64,000 bases of DNA from Candidatus Fermentibacteraceae bacterium (GTDB lineage: Bacteria > Fermentibacterota > Fermentibacteria > Fermentibacterales > JCC-6), in NCBI GenBank assembly GCA_041750285.1, contig JBGSZS010000011.1:47202-111201 (forward strand). The letters run 5' to 3'. Position 1 is the first letter of the stretch. The number at the start of each line of letters is the position of its first letter. A program made the translations under genes and the position numbers. Shown here one piece after another: positions 54,020-63,194 of the stretch. The notes under the pieces are model-generated. The model saw only the letters and a program-made list of their open reading frames with translations. It had not been told where the DNA came from and ran no database searches.

Positions 54020-54641
54020 TGGCGTGAACCTGAGGCAAGTGGTTCTCGGACCGATAGAGACCAACTGCTGGATCGCCGCATGCCCCGAAACCGGTCTGGC
54101 CATCGTGGTGGATCCGGGCGGGGGCACTGCCTCCCTCGGCCCGCTCATGGCCGCCATGGGCGTCACTGAGCTCAACGCCGTGATCAACACCCACGGCCAT
54201 TTCGATCATGTCTGGGGCAACGGAGAGCTTGGGGTTCCCACAATGATCCACAGGCTCGATGCCTCAATGCTTTCACACGCCCGTGAGGCCGCTGCTTCGT
54301 ACGGATTCCAGATACCCGCCCCTCCAGCCCCTTCACGGCTTCTGGATGACACCGATGAGATCAGGGTGGGAAACCTCCGTTTCACGGTCATTCACACTCC
54401 CGGTCATTCTCCGGGAAGCATCTGCCTTCTCGGACATGGGCTTCTCTTTTCGGGGGACACCATCTTCCAGGGTTCGATAGGAAGGACGGACCTTCCGGGC
54501 GGTGATTTCCGGGAGATCTCCCGGTCCATAAGGGAAAGGATCATGCCACTCCCTGAAACACTGAGGGTCCTTCCCGGTCACGGACCCGAAACCACCCTGA
54601 AAAGGGAGACGGCCACGAATCCCTTCTTCCCCCGGACTTGA
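54003..54641 (+). CDS. MBL-fold metallo-hydrolase (glyoxalase II-like)
   Basis: THGHFDH metal motif, HTPGHSPGS and GRTD. GTG at 54024 is an alternative start. Confidence 0.85.
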   Translation: MKTNGSGVNLRQVVLGPIETNCWIAACPETGLAIVVDPGGGTASLGPLMAAMGVTELNAVINTHGHFDHVWGNGELGVPTMIHRLDASMLSHAREAAASYGFQIPAPPAPSRLLDDTDEIRVGNLRFTVIHTPGHSPGSICLLGHGLLFSGDTIFQGSIGRTDLPGGDFREISRSIRERIMPLPETLRVLPGHGPETTLKRETATNPFFPRT

Positions 54642-56038
54642 AGCGCACCGCATCGCTGGACATGACCCGCGGCTCGGTGACGGGCAGGCTCCTTCGCCTG
54701 GCCTGGCCGGTCATGGCGGCCCATCTGCTTCAGACCCTCTACAATCTGGCCGACGCCTTCTGGCTGGGGAAGCTGGGAAGACAGAGCCTCGTGGCGCCAA
54801 CAATCTCCATGAACGTCGTCTTCATTGCCATGGCGCTGGCGATGGGTCTCGGATCCGCCGGAACCACCCTTGTCTCCCAGTACAGGGGTGCCGGACGCGA
54901 TGATCTCGCCCGGAGGGCGGGAGGTCAGACCTTTCTCATCCTCTCCGTGATCGGGGTGATCCTGGGCATCATCGGCCTGCTTTTCGCCCCGGCGATACTG
55001 AGGCTTCTCAACACCCCCGCAGATTCCCTTGTCGAGACCCGGACATATCTGAACTGGATACTTGCCGGGCTTCCCCTGATGTTTCCCTTCTTCGTCTACC
55101 AGGGCATAAGCACCGGACTTGGCAACACAATGGGCCCCCTTCAGGTAAGCCTTGTCACCGTGGTTCTGAACGCCGTCCTCGACCCCCTTCTCATCTTCGG
55201 GGCCGGTCCGGTCCCCGCCCTGGGTGTCACCGGCGCCGCGGCCGCAACGGTGTTCTGCCACTCCCTCGCTTCCGTGATAGGTACAGTGCGTCTGTTCAGG
55301 GGGCTTTCCGGCTTCAGGTTGAATGCGGCCAGCCTCAGACCGGAAGCTCAGACCATCTCAAGGCTCCTTTCCATCGGCCTTCCGACAAGCATCGGCCAGG
55401 CCGGGACCAGTCTGGGATTCACAGTGCTGCTCGGCATCGTGAATTCCTTCGGCAGTGCCGTGACAGCCGCCTTCGGAGTGGGGAACCGCATCATCCACCT
55501 CGCCCTCGTCCCAGCCATGGGCCTTTCCCAGGCGAATGCGGCCGCCGTCGGGCAGTGCCTCGGGGCCGGGCTTCCGGCAAGGGCCGCGAAGTCAACCTTC
55601 AGGGCTCTTCTTGTCATTGGTCTTCTGCTGCTTCCCATCACCGTACCGATGTTCTTCCTGGGTGGCGCCATATCGGGCCTGTTCGTAAACGACCCCGCTG
55701 TCATGGATGTCGGCAGGACCATGTTCCGCATCACCACTCCTTCCGTTTACGCCTTCGGTTTCGTCACGGTGCTCTTCGGCAGCTTCCAGGGGTCCGGCTT
55801 CACGCTTCCCGTAATGGTGCTGAACATGGCCAGGCTGTGGGTCCTGAGGATCCCGCTGGCGTACTTCCTTGCGTTTCACAGTTCTTTGGGAAGGGACGGG
55901 CTCTGGTGGGCCATGTTCGTCTCGAACGTGCTTACGGCTGCCGCAGGGGGGGTCTGGTTCGCCACAGGGACGTGGAAGAGGAAGTCCTCCGAGATCCTGG
56001 GGGCTTCATCACTTGCGTCCGAGGGGGCTTTGGAATAA
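54638..56038 (+). CDS. MATE family efflux transporter
   Basis: 12-TM protein with N-terminal LLRLAWPVMAAHLLQTLYNLADAFWLGKLG. TTGA overlap with the upstream gene. Confidence 0.9.
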   Translation: MKRTASLDMTRGSVTGRLLRLAWPVMAAHLLQTLYNLADAFWLGKLGRQSLVAPTISMNVVFIAMALAMGLGSAGTTLVSQYRGAGRDDLARRAGGQTFLILSVIGVILGIIGLLFAPAILRLLNTPADSLVETRTYLNWILAGLPLMFPFFVYQGISTGLGNTMGPLQVSLVTVVLNAVLDPLLIFGAGPVPALGVTGAAAATVFCHSLASVIGTVRLFRGLSGFRLNAASLRPEAQTISRLLSIGLPTSIGQAGTSLGFTVLLGIVNSFGSAVTAAFGVGNRIIHLALVPAMGLSQANAAAVGQCLGAGLPARAAKSTFRALLVIGLLLLPITVPMFFLGGAISGLFVNDPAVMDVGRTMFRITTPSVYAFGFVTVLFGSFQGSGFTLPVMVLNMARLWVLRIPLAYFLAFHSSLGRDGLWWAMFVSNVLTAAAGGVWFATGTWKRKSSEILGASSLASEGALE

Positions 56039-56129
56039 GGTTGACATGCATGGAAAGAGACCGGGACGGATGAAGCGGGCGGTTCGGAGCCCTGCCTGAC
56101 ATCAGGATCAGGAATGAGAGGAAGATAAA

Positions 56130-58370
56130 ATGACTGTTCTGCTGTTGGTTCTGGCCGCTCTGAGCGGTTTCAACGGAGAATGGCATTCCCTTGGCGGGGA
56201 ATACCGTGGACTTGCCGTGGCTACTCCGCGTGATTTCACTCCCGAAGGTCTTTCGATAGACCTTTCCGTTCCCGGCTTCGGAATGGTCCCTGAGAACGGA
56301 TACACCAGGATCGAACTCCCCGGCTTCAACTGGGACACCGACCTTGCCCCGGGTTCACCCGAGCTTCCCGTGGTGCCCCTTGCCATAGGTATTCCCCCCG
56401 GTATGGAGGCGAGGGTGGCTTCAGTCGAGGCAACCTGGACCCCAGTCGGGTCTTTCAGCATCCACCCCGTTCAGCCCCTCGGATACGACAGCGATCCCCA
56501 ACCACCTGCGTTCGTCGGGCTCTCAGGTGACCTCCAGGGAGTTCACCCCTCGGAAAACGCGGTTCTATCGGCTTCCCAGACCCTTTTCGGGCTGAATACC
56601 GCGCGGCTGCTTCTGAACCCCTTCCGCTGGAACCCCGAAACAGGGCTTCTGGAGGCAGCAGCTTCCATGACAGTAAACATCTCCTTCGACGGAAGCCAGG
56701 GCATTCAGACACCCCTCGTGCCGGAGAGGGCCAGGATGCTCGAAAGCCTCGTAATCAACTTCGACCTGATGGAGATTCCCCTGAACCCTGAACCCATCAC
56801 GCAGGACGATGTTGTCTACATCGTGATAACGGTGGAGGAGAACCTTCCCGAGATCACCCCCCTGATTTCCATGGTGAATCTCATGGGGCACCGGGTGGTC
56901 ATCGAGGTGCTGCCTCTCAACTCGACTCCGGCAGTGATAAAGGCAGCCATCCAGGCGCACTTCCAGGACGGAACGACAAGGTTCGCGTTGATCGCGGCCA
57001 CCCATCAGCAGCTGCCGTCGTTCAACTTCGGGCCGTTCTACGGCGACTACTACTACCAGACGCTCGACGGCGACAACCTGCCCGACATAGCCGTGGGCCG
57101 CTTTCCGGCAGGAGCCGGAAACCTGGCCAACATGATCGAAAAGTCCATGAGCTACTCCACCTTCACCGGCACCCCCGGGATGCCGTCGATCCCCGCAACC
57201 GGAATGCTCTGCGCACACGAGGAGGAGTATCCCTCCAAGTACACGGCCAACAAGAACAACATCAAGAACTGGGACTACGCCATAATCGATCCCGTCTTCG
57301 ACACTTTCTTCCCCCCCGAGGGAGCCACCCTGCAGCAGGTTCAGGAAAGGATCAATGCCGGTGTGGGCACCGTGAACTACCGCGGACACGGTTCCATAAC
57401 GACCTGGCAGTGGTCACCCGGCTGGAGCGCCGGATCCATTTACGCACTCACCAACACCTTTTTCCCGCCGGTGTTCAACATCGCGTGCGAGAACGGAACC
57501 CACGACAAGAACTACAACTGTCTCTGCGAGAGCTGGCTTTATGCGGTTGGCAAGGGTGCGAGCGGAACCTGCGGCGCGAGCGCTCCCTCCGCGACCGTCG
57601 TGAACCACAGGTTCGACAGGGTTCTGTACTGGCAGCTCTACGACGAAGGCAACACCTGCGCAGCTGAGACCCATGCCGCAGCCCAGGCCGACATAGTCAC
57701 CCTCTACGGTGCGTCGGGACTGGAGAATGCCAGGATGTACCACTGGTTCGGCGATCCATCGATGGACATCTTCAACTGTGACGAAACCGGATCTCCTTTT
57801 CCCCTTTCACTGTCCTGTCCTTCCCATGCCTTTGAGGGTGAGAATACGGTAACCGTGACAGTAACCTCCCAGGGAGCGCCGGTATCCGGAGCTGTAGTGA
57901 CGATCACAGACGGCATCGGCAATCACCCGGAACACCCCGAGACCTTCTACGTCCAGGCAACCACCGATGCCTCAGGGCAGGCTGAGTTGACTTTCAATGC
58001 GCAGGGCGGTTCGGAACTCATGGTCGGCGCCAGAAAGCACAATCTGACACCCGCCTTCGACACCATACAGACCTGGCCCCAGGGCATTCAGGGCTCCACA
58101 CCCGACTCCGCCCTGCTCCTCCCTGCATCCCCCAACCCTTCGGCCTCCATCGTGCAGCTTGGAATGGACATTGCCGTTCCGGGTTTCTACAGCATTAGTG
58201 TGGTCGACCTGGCGGGCAGGATAGTCGAACCCGTTTCAAGCGGCGTCTTCGAAGCCGGACAGCACAGGTTCCAGCACTCGACTGAAGGGCTCGCACCCGG
58301 CCTTTACTTCGTGCTGCTTCAGGGAAACGGTTTCTCAGCGTCCACCCGGATGCTTGTCGTTGGCAGATGA
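56130..58370 (+). CDS. peptidase C25 (gingipain-like) paralog with a T9SS-type C-terminal sorting domain
   Basis: NYRGHGS (His) and FNIACENG (Cys). The C-terminus reads SPNPSASIV...VVDLAGRIV...GLYFVLL...MLVVGR. Confidence 0.8.
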   Translation: MTVLLLVLAALSGFNGEWHSLGGEYRGLAVATPRDFTPEGLSIDLSVPGFGMVPENGYTRIELPGFNWDTDLAPGSPELPVVPLAIGIPPGMEARVASVEATWTPVGSFSIHPVQPLGYDSDPQPPAFVGLSGDLQGVHPSENAVLSASQTLFGLNTARLLLNPFRWNPETGLLEAAASMTVNISFDGSQGIQTPLVPERARMLESLVINFDLMEIPLNPEPITQDDVVYIVITVEENLPEITPLISMVNLMGHRVVIEVLPLNSTPAVIKAAIQAHFQDGTTRFALIAATHQQLPSFNFGPFYGDYYYQTLDGDNLPDIAVGRFPAGAGNLANMIEKSMSYSTFTGTPGMPSIPATGMLCAHEEEYPSKYTANKNNIKNWDYAIIDPVFDTFFPPEGATLQQVQERINAGVGTVNYRGHGSITTWQWSPGWSAGSIYALTNTFFPPVFNIACENGTHDKNYNCLCESWLYAVGKGASGTCGASAPSATVVNHRFDRVLYWQLYDEGNTCAAETHAAAQADIVTLYGASGLENARMYHWFGDPSMDIFNCDETGSPFPLSLSCPSHAFEGENTVTVTVTSQGAPVSGAVVTITDGIGNHPEHPETFYVQATTDASGQAELTFNAQGGSELMVGARKHNLTPAFDTIQTWPQGIQGSTPDSALLLPASPNPSASIVQLGMDIAVPGFYSISVVDLAGRIVEPVSSGVFEAGQHRFQHSTEGLAPGLYFVLLQGNGFSASTRMLVVGR

Positions 58371-59275
58371 AAAATCCGGCGCCGATCCTGCTTTTTGCAT
58401 GCGCCTGCATGCAGGAACCCGGACCGGCGCCGCTGCACCCTTCATTCATCGCCGCTGAAAGGGCTCTGGGGCAGACACACTCGCAGAACTGCGTTTTCAC
58501 TTCCGACAACAGGTACGCAGTGGTGGGCGACGGCGGGTCGCTGCTGTTTCTCGAACTCGTTCACGGAAGGGTGCACGGCCTTGCCGTCCTCCCGTCACCA
58601 GTGCTTCATCTGACAACACAGCAGGGGCTTGGCGGTGTTCTTGCCATTACTGCCGATTCGCTCTACCTTGTCGTTCCGGGTTCATTCTCCGTAACGGAGC
58701 GCGCCTGGATCCCTTCCGGGGTCTCGGCCTGCGCCGTCTCGGGAAACAGGGTGTTCCTTGCCTTTGCCGACGGCGCTCTCCGTGGTTATGACCAGGAGAC
58801 CCTGGCAGAAGTGGTTGCCCGCTCTGTCTCTCCCGCCGTTTCATGTCTGGCGGGTTCACAGGGATACCTCACTGCGGCATCGGGTTCTCTTCTGTCATGC
58901 TATGAGCCTGAGCGGCTCGACCCCCTGGCGGAATACGGCGCATGGGGAGGGGTCTCACATCTCGCTTCAGCCGGAGATAACAGGGTCTGTGCCTCCGTCG
59001 GGGGAGGCAACGAGGTCGCCCTCTTCTCGGTCCCCGGGCTCGAGCTTCAGGAGATGTTCACGGTTCCCGGAACCCCGCTGGTTTCCGCTGTCCAGGAGGA
59101 ACGGGAGTACGCCTTCGCGTACACCGACCAGGGCATCCTGGTGGTCGTCGGCTCGGGAGGCGGATTGGAATGGAGGACGACTGAGTTCGGCGAAGTGCTC
59201 GACATCGTCATCTCAAAGGACGGATGGAACGCCCTGCTGCTGTCGGAGAGTTCGATAACCATCCTTGAGAAGTAG
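58367..59275 (+). CDS. lipoprotein, repeat-rich (beta-propeller-like)
   Basis: ATGA overlap with the C25 stop. Leader MKNPAPILLFACAC, with repeated short beta-strand units. No family recognised. Confidence 0.5.
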   Translation: MKNPAPILLFACACMQEPGPAPLHPSFIAAERALGQTHSQNCVFTSDNRYAVVGDGGSLLFLELVHGRVHGLAVLPSPVLHLTTQQGLGGVLAITADSLYLVVPGSFSVTERAWIPSGVSACAVSGNRVFLAFADGALRGYDQETLAEVVARSVSPAVSCLAGSQGYLTAASGSLLSCYEPERLDPLAEYGAWGGVSHLASAGDNRVCASVGGGNEVALFSVPGLELQEMFTVPGTPLVSAVQEEREYAFAYTDQGILVVVGSGGGLEWRTTEFGEVLDIVISKDGWNALLLSESSITILEK

Positions 59276-59281
59276 AGGCGG

Positions 59282-60139
59282 TTACTCGCCGGGAACCTCT
59301 ATCCTGACGGTGTTCCCTGCACGGTAGACAGAGAGGGCCACCGTTTCTCCAGTGTTTATGATGCCCCTGAGGGATTCGGGGTGGTAAACCCTCATTCCGC
59401 CGGCATCAATGACAAGGTCCCCGCTTCGAAGACCGCAGCCTTCCGCCCTCGAACCTTCGCATACGTCGACGATGAGAACGCCGGAAGGAGTCTCTTCGTC
59501 CATTTCCCCCAGGGTGTATGCCAGGGCCGAAACGCCGAATGGAGAACCCGAGCCCCTGACCCCGTTCACCAGGCTGCTGCTCCAGACGCTCCAGAGTTGG
59601 GAGGGAAGAAGGGCCAGCCTGTCATTTCCATCCCCGTCCGGAATGGTTCCGGTGACGATCCCGAGAAGGCGCCCCGAAGCGTCGTATGCGGCGGCACCCA
59701 TCAGCCCCGGGGCCGGTCCCATGGATAGAACGACGGAGCCGTCGTTCCTGGTGTCGGTCGTTCTGGTCTGAAGGAACGTGATCCCGTCGGAGCGGTATCC
59801 GGCAATGAATACCGCCTCCCCTGACACTGGAGCATCCAGCCGGGGGTCATTCCATCTCGAGAAAGGCTCACCGTCGAACACAAGCATGGCAAGACCGAGA
59901 TCGCGAAAAAGGATTGCGCTGTCGGGAAGAAGCCTGCCTTCGTCGGTTATGACGAAGGGCATGGCCCCGCTTGCGAAGCTGAAGAGCGTGACGGCATGGC
60001 TCGGGGAGACCGGAGCGCCGTTGCAGACTTCCACGAGTCCCATGGAATCGAGCCGCCCGAGTGCGATCACTGAGGGAGCGGCGTCCGGCATCTCCGGGAT
60101 GAACGCGCGCCCGGAGAGAACGAGAAGTAAGAGAAGCAT
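59282..60139 (-). CDS. trypsin-fold plus PDZ protein (DegS/HtrA-like layout) apparently lacking the catalytic Ser
   Basis: N-terminal anchor, His (SPSHAVT) and Asp (DLGLAML) contexts. The GxSGG position reads GLMGAA. The C-terminal PDZ reads GVLIVDVCEGSRAEGCGLRSGDLVIDAGG. Confidence 0.55.
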   Translation of the reverse strand: MLLLLLVLSGRAFIPEMPDAAPSVIALGRLDSMGLVEVCNGAPVSPSHAVTLFSFASGAMPFVITDEGRLLPDSAILFRDLGLAMLVFDGEPFSRWNDPRLDAPVSGEAVFIAGYRSDGITFLQTRTTDTRNDGSVVLSMGPAPGLMGAAAYDASGRLLGIVTGTIPDGDGNDRLALLPSQLWSVWSSSLVNGVRGSGSPFGVSALAYTLGEMDEETPSGVLIVDVCEGSRAEGCGLRSGDLVIDAGGMRVYHPESLRGIINTGETVALSVYRAGNTVRIEVPGE

Positions 60140-60146
60140 CGGCCTC

Positions 60147-60584
60147 CTAGAACGTGGTTAGGGTCACGGGCCTTGTATAGGCCGACGGGGGGATCGGAGT
60201 GTACTGCTCTTCGGAGTTCCCGGAAGGGGATGCCGGCGCAACGGGGGGCATGAAGATCCTGGCGGCGAAGACAAGCATGGCAGCGAAAGGAATGATCACC
60301 GCTGCCCTCCGCAGGAGTACAAACCTGGAACCTGCCCGGGTTTTAAGGGGGGACGTGTCATAATCGCGCAGTGAAAGCCTTGATCTTACAGCTGCCTCGA
60401 GGTTTTGGGGAGGGTTGAAGTCGGGGAGGGAAGCGACCGCCCCGGAAAGGGCCCGGGAGATCTCGAGAGCCCTCCGGCAATCCGCGCAGCCGTTGAGATG
60501 AAAGCGGAGCATGCTTTCCTGCCTGGCATCGGTTTCACCGTCGATGCTGAGGCTTATCAATTCGAGGGCTTCACTGCATTTCAT
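60147..60584 (-). CDS. anti-sigma factor (zf-HC2), single-pass membrane protein
   Basis: HLNGCADC matches H-x3-C-x2-C. TM helix AAVIIPFAAMLVFAARIF. ATGA overlap with the sigma gene stop. Confidence 0.75.
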   Translation of the reverse strand: MKCSEALELISLSIDGETDARQESMLRFHLNGCADCRRALEISRALSGAVASLPDFNPPQNLEAAVRSRLSLRDYDTSPLKTRAGSRFVLLRRAAVIIPFAAMLVFAARIFMPPVAPASPSGNSEEQYTPIPPSAYTRPVTLTTF

Positions 60585-61174
60585 CGCCAATGCTCCCATA
60601 CATCCTGCAGAGTTTCTCTAAGGGCCGCCCTGGCCCTGTTTATCCTGGATTTCACGGTACCTATCCTTATGTTCAATATTTCCGAAATCTCATCGTAGGA
60701 CAACCCTTCCTTCTCCCTGAGCAGGAAAGGCTCGCGGTAGTGGTGCGGGAGAAGGGAGATGGCTTTCTCCAGTTTCAGCTGAAGGTCCCGGCTGCCCTCC
60801 CTGTCGTGGGGTGAGTCGACCTCCTGAGTGGAGACAACGGCATTCTCGAGGGGAACGCTGTTCCAGCGGGAGCGCCGTCTCCATTCCTTCTTCGCCAGGT
60901 TGCTCGCTATGGTGAATATCCAGGTAACCAGAGGCCTTTCGGGGTCGTAGTTCGTGCGGTATCTATAAACCCTGCAGAATGTCACCTGGAGAAGTTCTTC
61001 AGCGTCGTCCTCGTTTCCGAGCATCCGAAGCAGGAGGGAGTAGACAGGTTTGCTGAACCTGTCCATGATTTCGCTGAAGGCGTCTTCATCGCCCCTGCAG
61101 AGGGCCACCATCAGTTCGGAATCAGCCCTGGAATCACGCTTCTTTTTCATCAGACCCGCAAGAAGCACTCCCAT
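60581..61174 (-). CDS. RNA polymerase ECF-type sigma-70 factor
   Basis: Region 2 (LLQVTFCRVYRYRTNYDPERPLVTWIFTIASNLAKKEWRR) and the region 4 HTH (LSYDEISEILNIRIGTVKSRINRAR). Confidence 0.9.
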   Translation of the reverse strand: MGVLLAGLMKKKRDSRADSELMVALCRGDEDAFSEIMDRFSKPVYSLLLRMLGNEDDAEELLQVTFCRVYRYRTNYDPERPLVTWIFTIASNLAKKEWRRRSRWNSVPLENAVVSTQEVDSPHDREGSRDLQLKLEKAISLLPHHYREPFLLREKEGLSYDEISEILNIRIGTVKSRINRARAALRETLQDVWEHWR

Positions 61175-61221
61175 GTGTCAAACCTCCGGAGTATGATTTC
61201 ACAATCTATTACCCCGTGGCC

Positions 61222-61246
61222 GACCTCTTGTTCCCGCTGCCGTTCC
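61222..61246 (-). promoter_or_regulatory. candidate ECF-type autoregulated promoter (GGAAC-N17-GTC)
   Basis: The motif is read on the minus strand, about 50 nt upstream of the sigma factor ATG. Confidence 0.25.
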
Positions 61247-61283
61247 TTGACCCCGCGGCCCTTCCGTCGTAAGGATACACCCT

Positions 61284-63194
61284 ATGAAAAGGAAACCGGG
61301 AATCTCAGTTCTACGCAGGCTTGTCTCCTACGCCGCACCCTACAGGGGCAGGGTATGGCTGGCCATTTTTTTCTCGGTGGTGTTCGCGGTCTCAAGCGGC
61401 GCAACACTGGGTATGATACTTCCTCTGTTCGATGATGTCCTGACTCAGCGGGATGCGGGTTCCGACGCCCCCGGCCTTGCCGAAGCGATCCGGCGGGAGG
61501 CGGGCGCTTCGTGGAGAAGCTTCACCTCAGGCATCGGCAGGTCAGATCCCGCCGAGTCGGCCGCTCACCTGTCCGACACCGGGAAGGCACTGAGACGGGG
61601 TCTCAGGACAGCGGATCCCCGCCAGGCGCTTCTTGCGGTGATCATCATCGTCGTGGGACTGATCCTCCTCAAGAACTTCGCCGCCTTCATGCAGGCCTTC
61701 CACCTGACCCTGGTGGAGGAGAGGCTGCTGGAAGACCTGAGGGGCAGGATATACAAACACATCCTCGGCCTGCATCTGGGTTTCTTCACGGGCAGCAGGA
61801 CCGGTGAGCTCACCACCCTTCTCACGGCCGACGTCATGCGGATAAAGGGGGCAGTGACTCAGTCGCTTGTCACCGTACTGAAGGAAGCCGTTCTTCTCCT
61901 CGTATTCCTCTCCCTGGCACTTCTTTCGTCCTGGCGTCTGACGCTCGTCACATTCCTGGTATTCCCTCCGGGAATGGCCCTGATCACATCACTGGCAAGG
62001 AAGCTCAGGAAAAGCACCCACCGGTCCCAGGAGCGCATGGCTGACTTCGCGAGCGTCCTGCAGGAGTCCCTTGTGGGCATCCGGGTCGTGAAGGCTTTCG
62101 GAATGGAGGCGTTCGAGGAGGGCAGGTTCACCCTGGCATCTTCCGACCATCGCCGGCACGAACTGCACCTGCGGCGCGTGAAGGCTTTCTCGGGTCCCCT
62201 GACTGAAATCCTCGGAGCGGTGGTGAGCGCCGTCGTTCTCTGGTTCGGGGGAAGGGAGGTCATCCAGGGTGACGGCATGAGCGCCGGAAGATTCCTCGTC
62301 TTCCTCGCGGCAGTTCTGAGCATGATGGATCCGGTGAAGGCTTTGGGAAAGGCCTGGGCCGGCATTCAGGAGGGGCTTGCTTCCGCAGACCGCCTTTTTG
62401 GAATACTCGACACGAAACCACTTGTCGTTGACGCCGCCGCTCCCGTGCGCATCATGTCCTTTGACGACTGCATCGCCTTCAACGATGTCTCTTTCTCATA
62501 TCTGCCGGGCAAGAGGGTCCTTCACAACGTGAACCTCACGATAAGGAAGGGGGAGATGGTTGCCCTTGTGGGACCGAGCGGCGGCGGCAAGAGCACTCTT
62601 GCGGACATGATCCCGCGCTTCCATGACCCGCTGTCCGGTTCGGTGACCATCGACGGCATGGACCTCAGATCAGTGGAGACCGCAAGCCTCAGACGGCTGC
62701 TTGGCCTTGTCACGCAGGAGACGATCCTGTTCAATGATACGGTTCGCAACAACATTGCCTATGGCAACCCCGAAACGCCCATCTCGGAGATTCACAGGGC
62801 TGCTGAGACTGCAAATGCCATGGAGTTCATCCAGAAACTGCCGAAGGGTTTCGACACCGTGATCGGTGAACGGGGCGCCACACTTTCCGGGGGACAGAGG
62901 CAAAGGCTGGCAATCGCCAGGGCCGTTCTCAAGAACCCGCCCATACTCGTTTTCGACGAGGCTACATCCAGTCTCGACACCCGCAGCGAGAAACTCGTAC
63001 AGAAAGCTGTGGAATGCCTTGTGGCCGGCAGGACATCGGTCGTCACCGCCCACAGGCTCAGCACCATCAGAAAGGCTGACCGCGTCATCTACATCGAGGA
63101 TGGCCGCATTCTCGAGGAGGGCACCCACGAATCCCTTCTCGCCAGGGGAGGCAGGTACCGCGCGCTCTATGAACTGCAGTTCGCAGAAGACTGA
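61284..63194 (+). CDS. msbA: ABC transporter permease/ATPase fusion, MsbA-like lipid flippase
   Basis: 6-TM domain plus an NBD with GPSGGGKST, LSGGQRQRLAIARA and LVFDEATSSLD. Followed by an LPS core glycosyltransferase gene. Confidence 0.8.
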   Translation: MKRKPGISVLRRLVSYAAPYRGRVWLAIFFSVVFAVSSGATLGMILPLFDDVLTQRDAGSDAPGLAEAIRREAGASWRSFTSGIGRSDPAESAAHLSDTGKALRRGLRTADPRQALLAVIIIVVGLILLKNFAAFMQAFHLTLVEERLLEDLRGRIYKHILGLHLGFFTGSRTGELTTLLTADVMRIKGAVTQSLVTVLKEAVLLLVFLSLALLSSWRLTLVTFLVFPPGMALITSLARKLRKSTHRSQERMADFASVLQESLVGIRVVKAFGMEAFEEGRFTLASSDHRRHELHLRRVKAFSGPLTEILGAVVSAVVLWFGGREVIQGDGMSAGRFLVFLAAVLSMMDPVKALGKAWAGIQEGLASADRLFGILDTKPLVVDAAAPVRIMSFDDCIAFNDVSFSYLPGKRVLHNVNLTIRKGEMVALVGPSGGGKSTLADMIPRFHDPLSGSVTIDGMDLRSVETASLRRLLGLVTQETILFNDTVRNNIAYGNPETPISEIHRAAETANAMEFIQKLPKGFDTVIGERGATLSGGQRQRLAIARAVLKNPPILVFDEATSSLDTRSEKLVQKAVECLVAGRTSVVTAHRLSTIRKADRVIYIEDGRILEEGTHESLLARGGRYRALYELQFAED

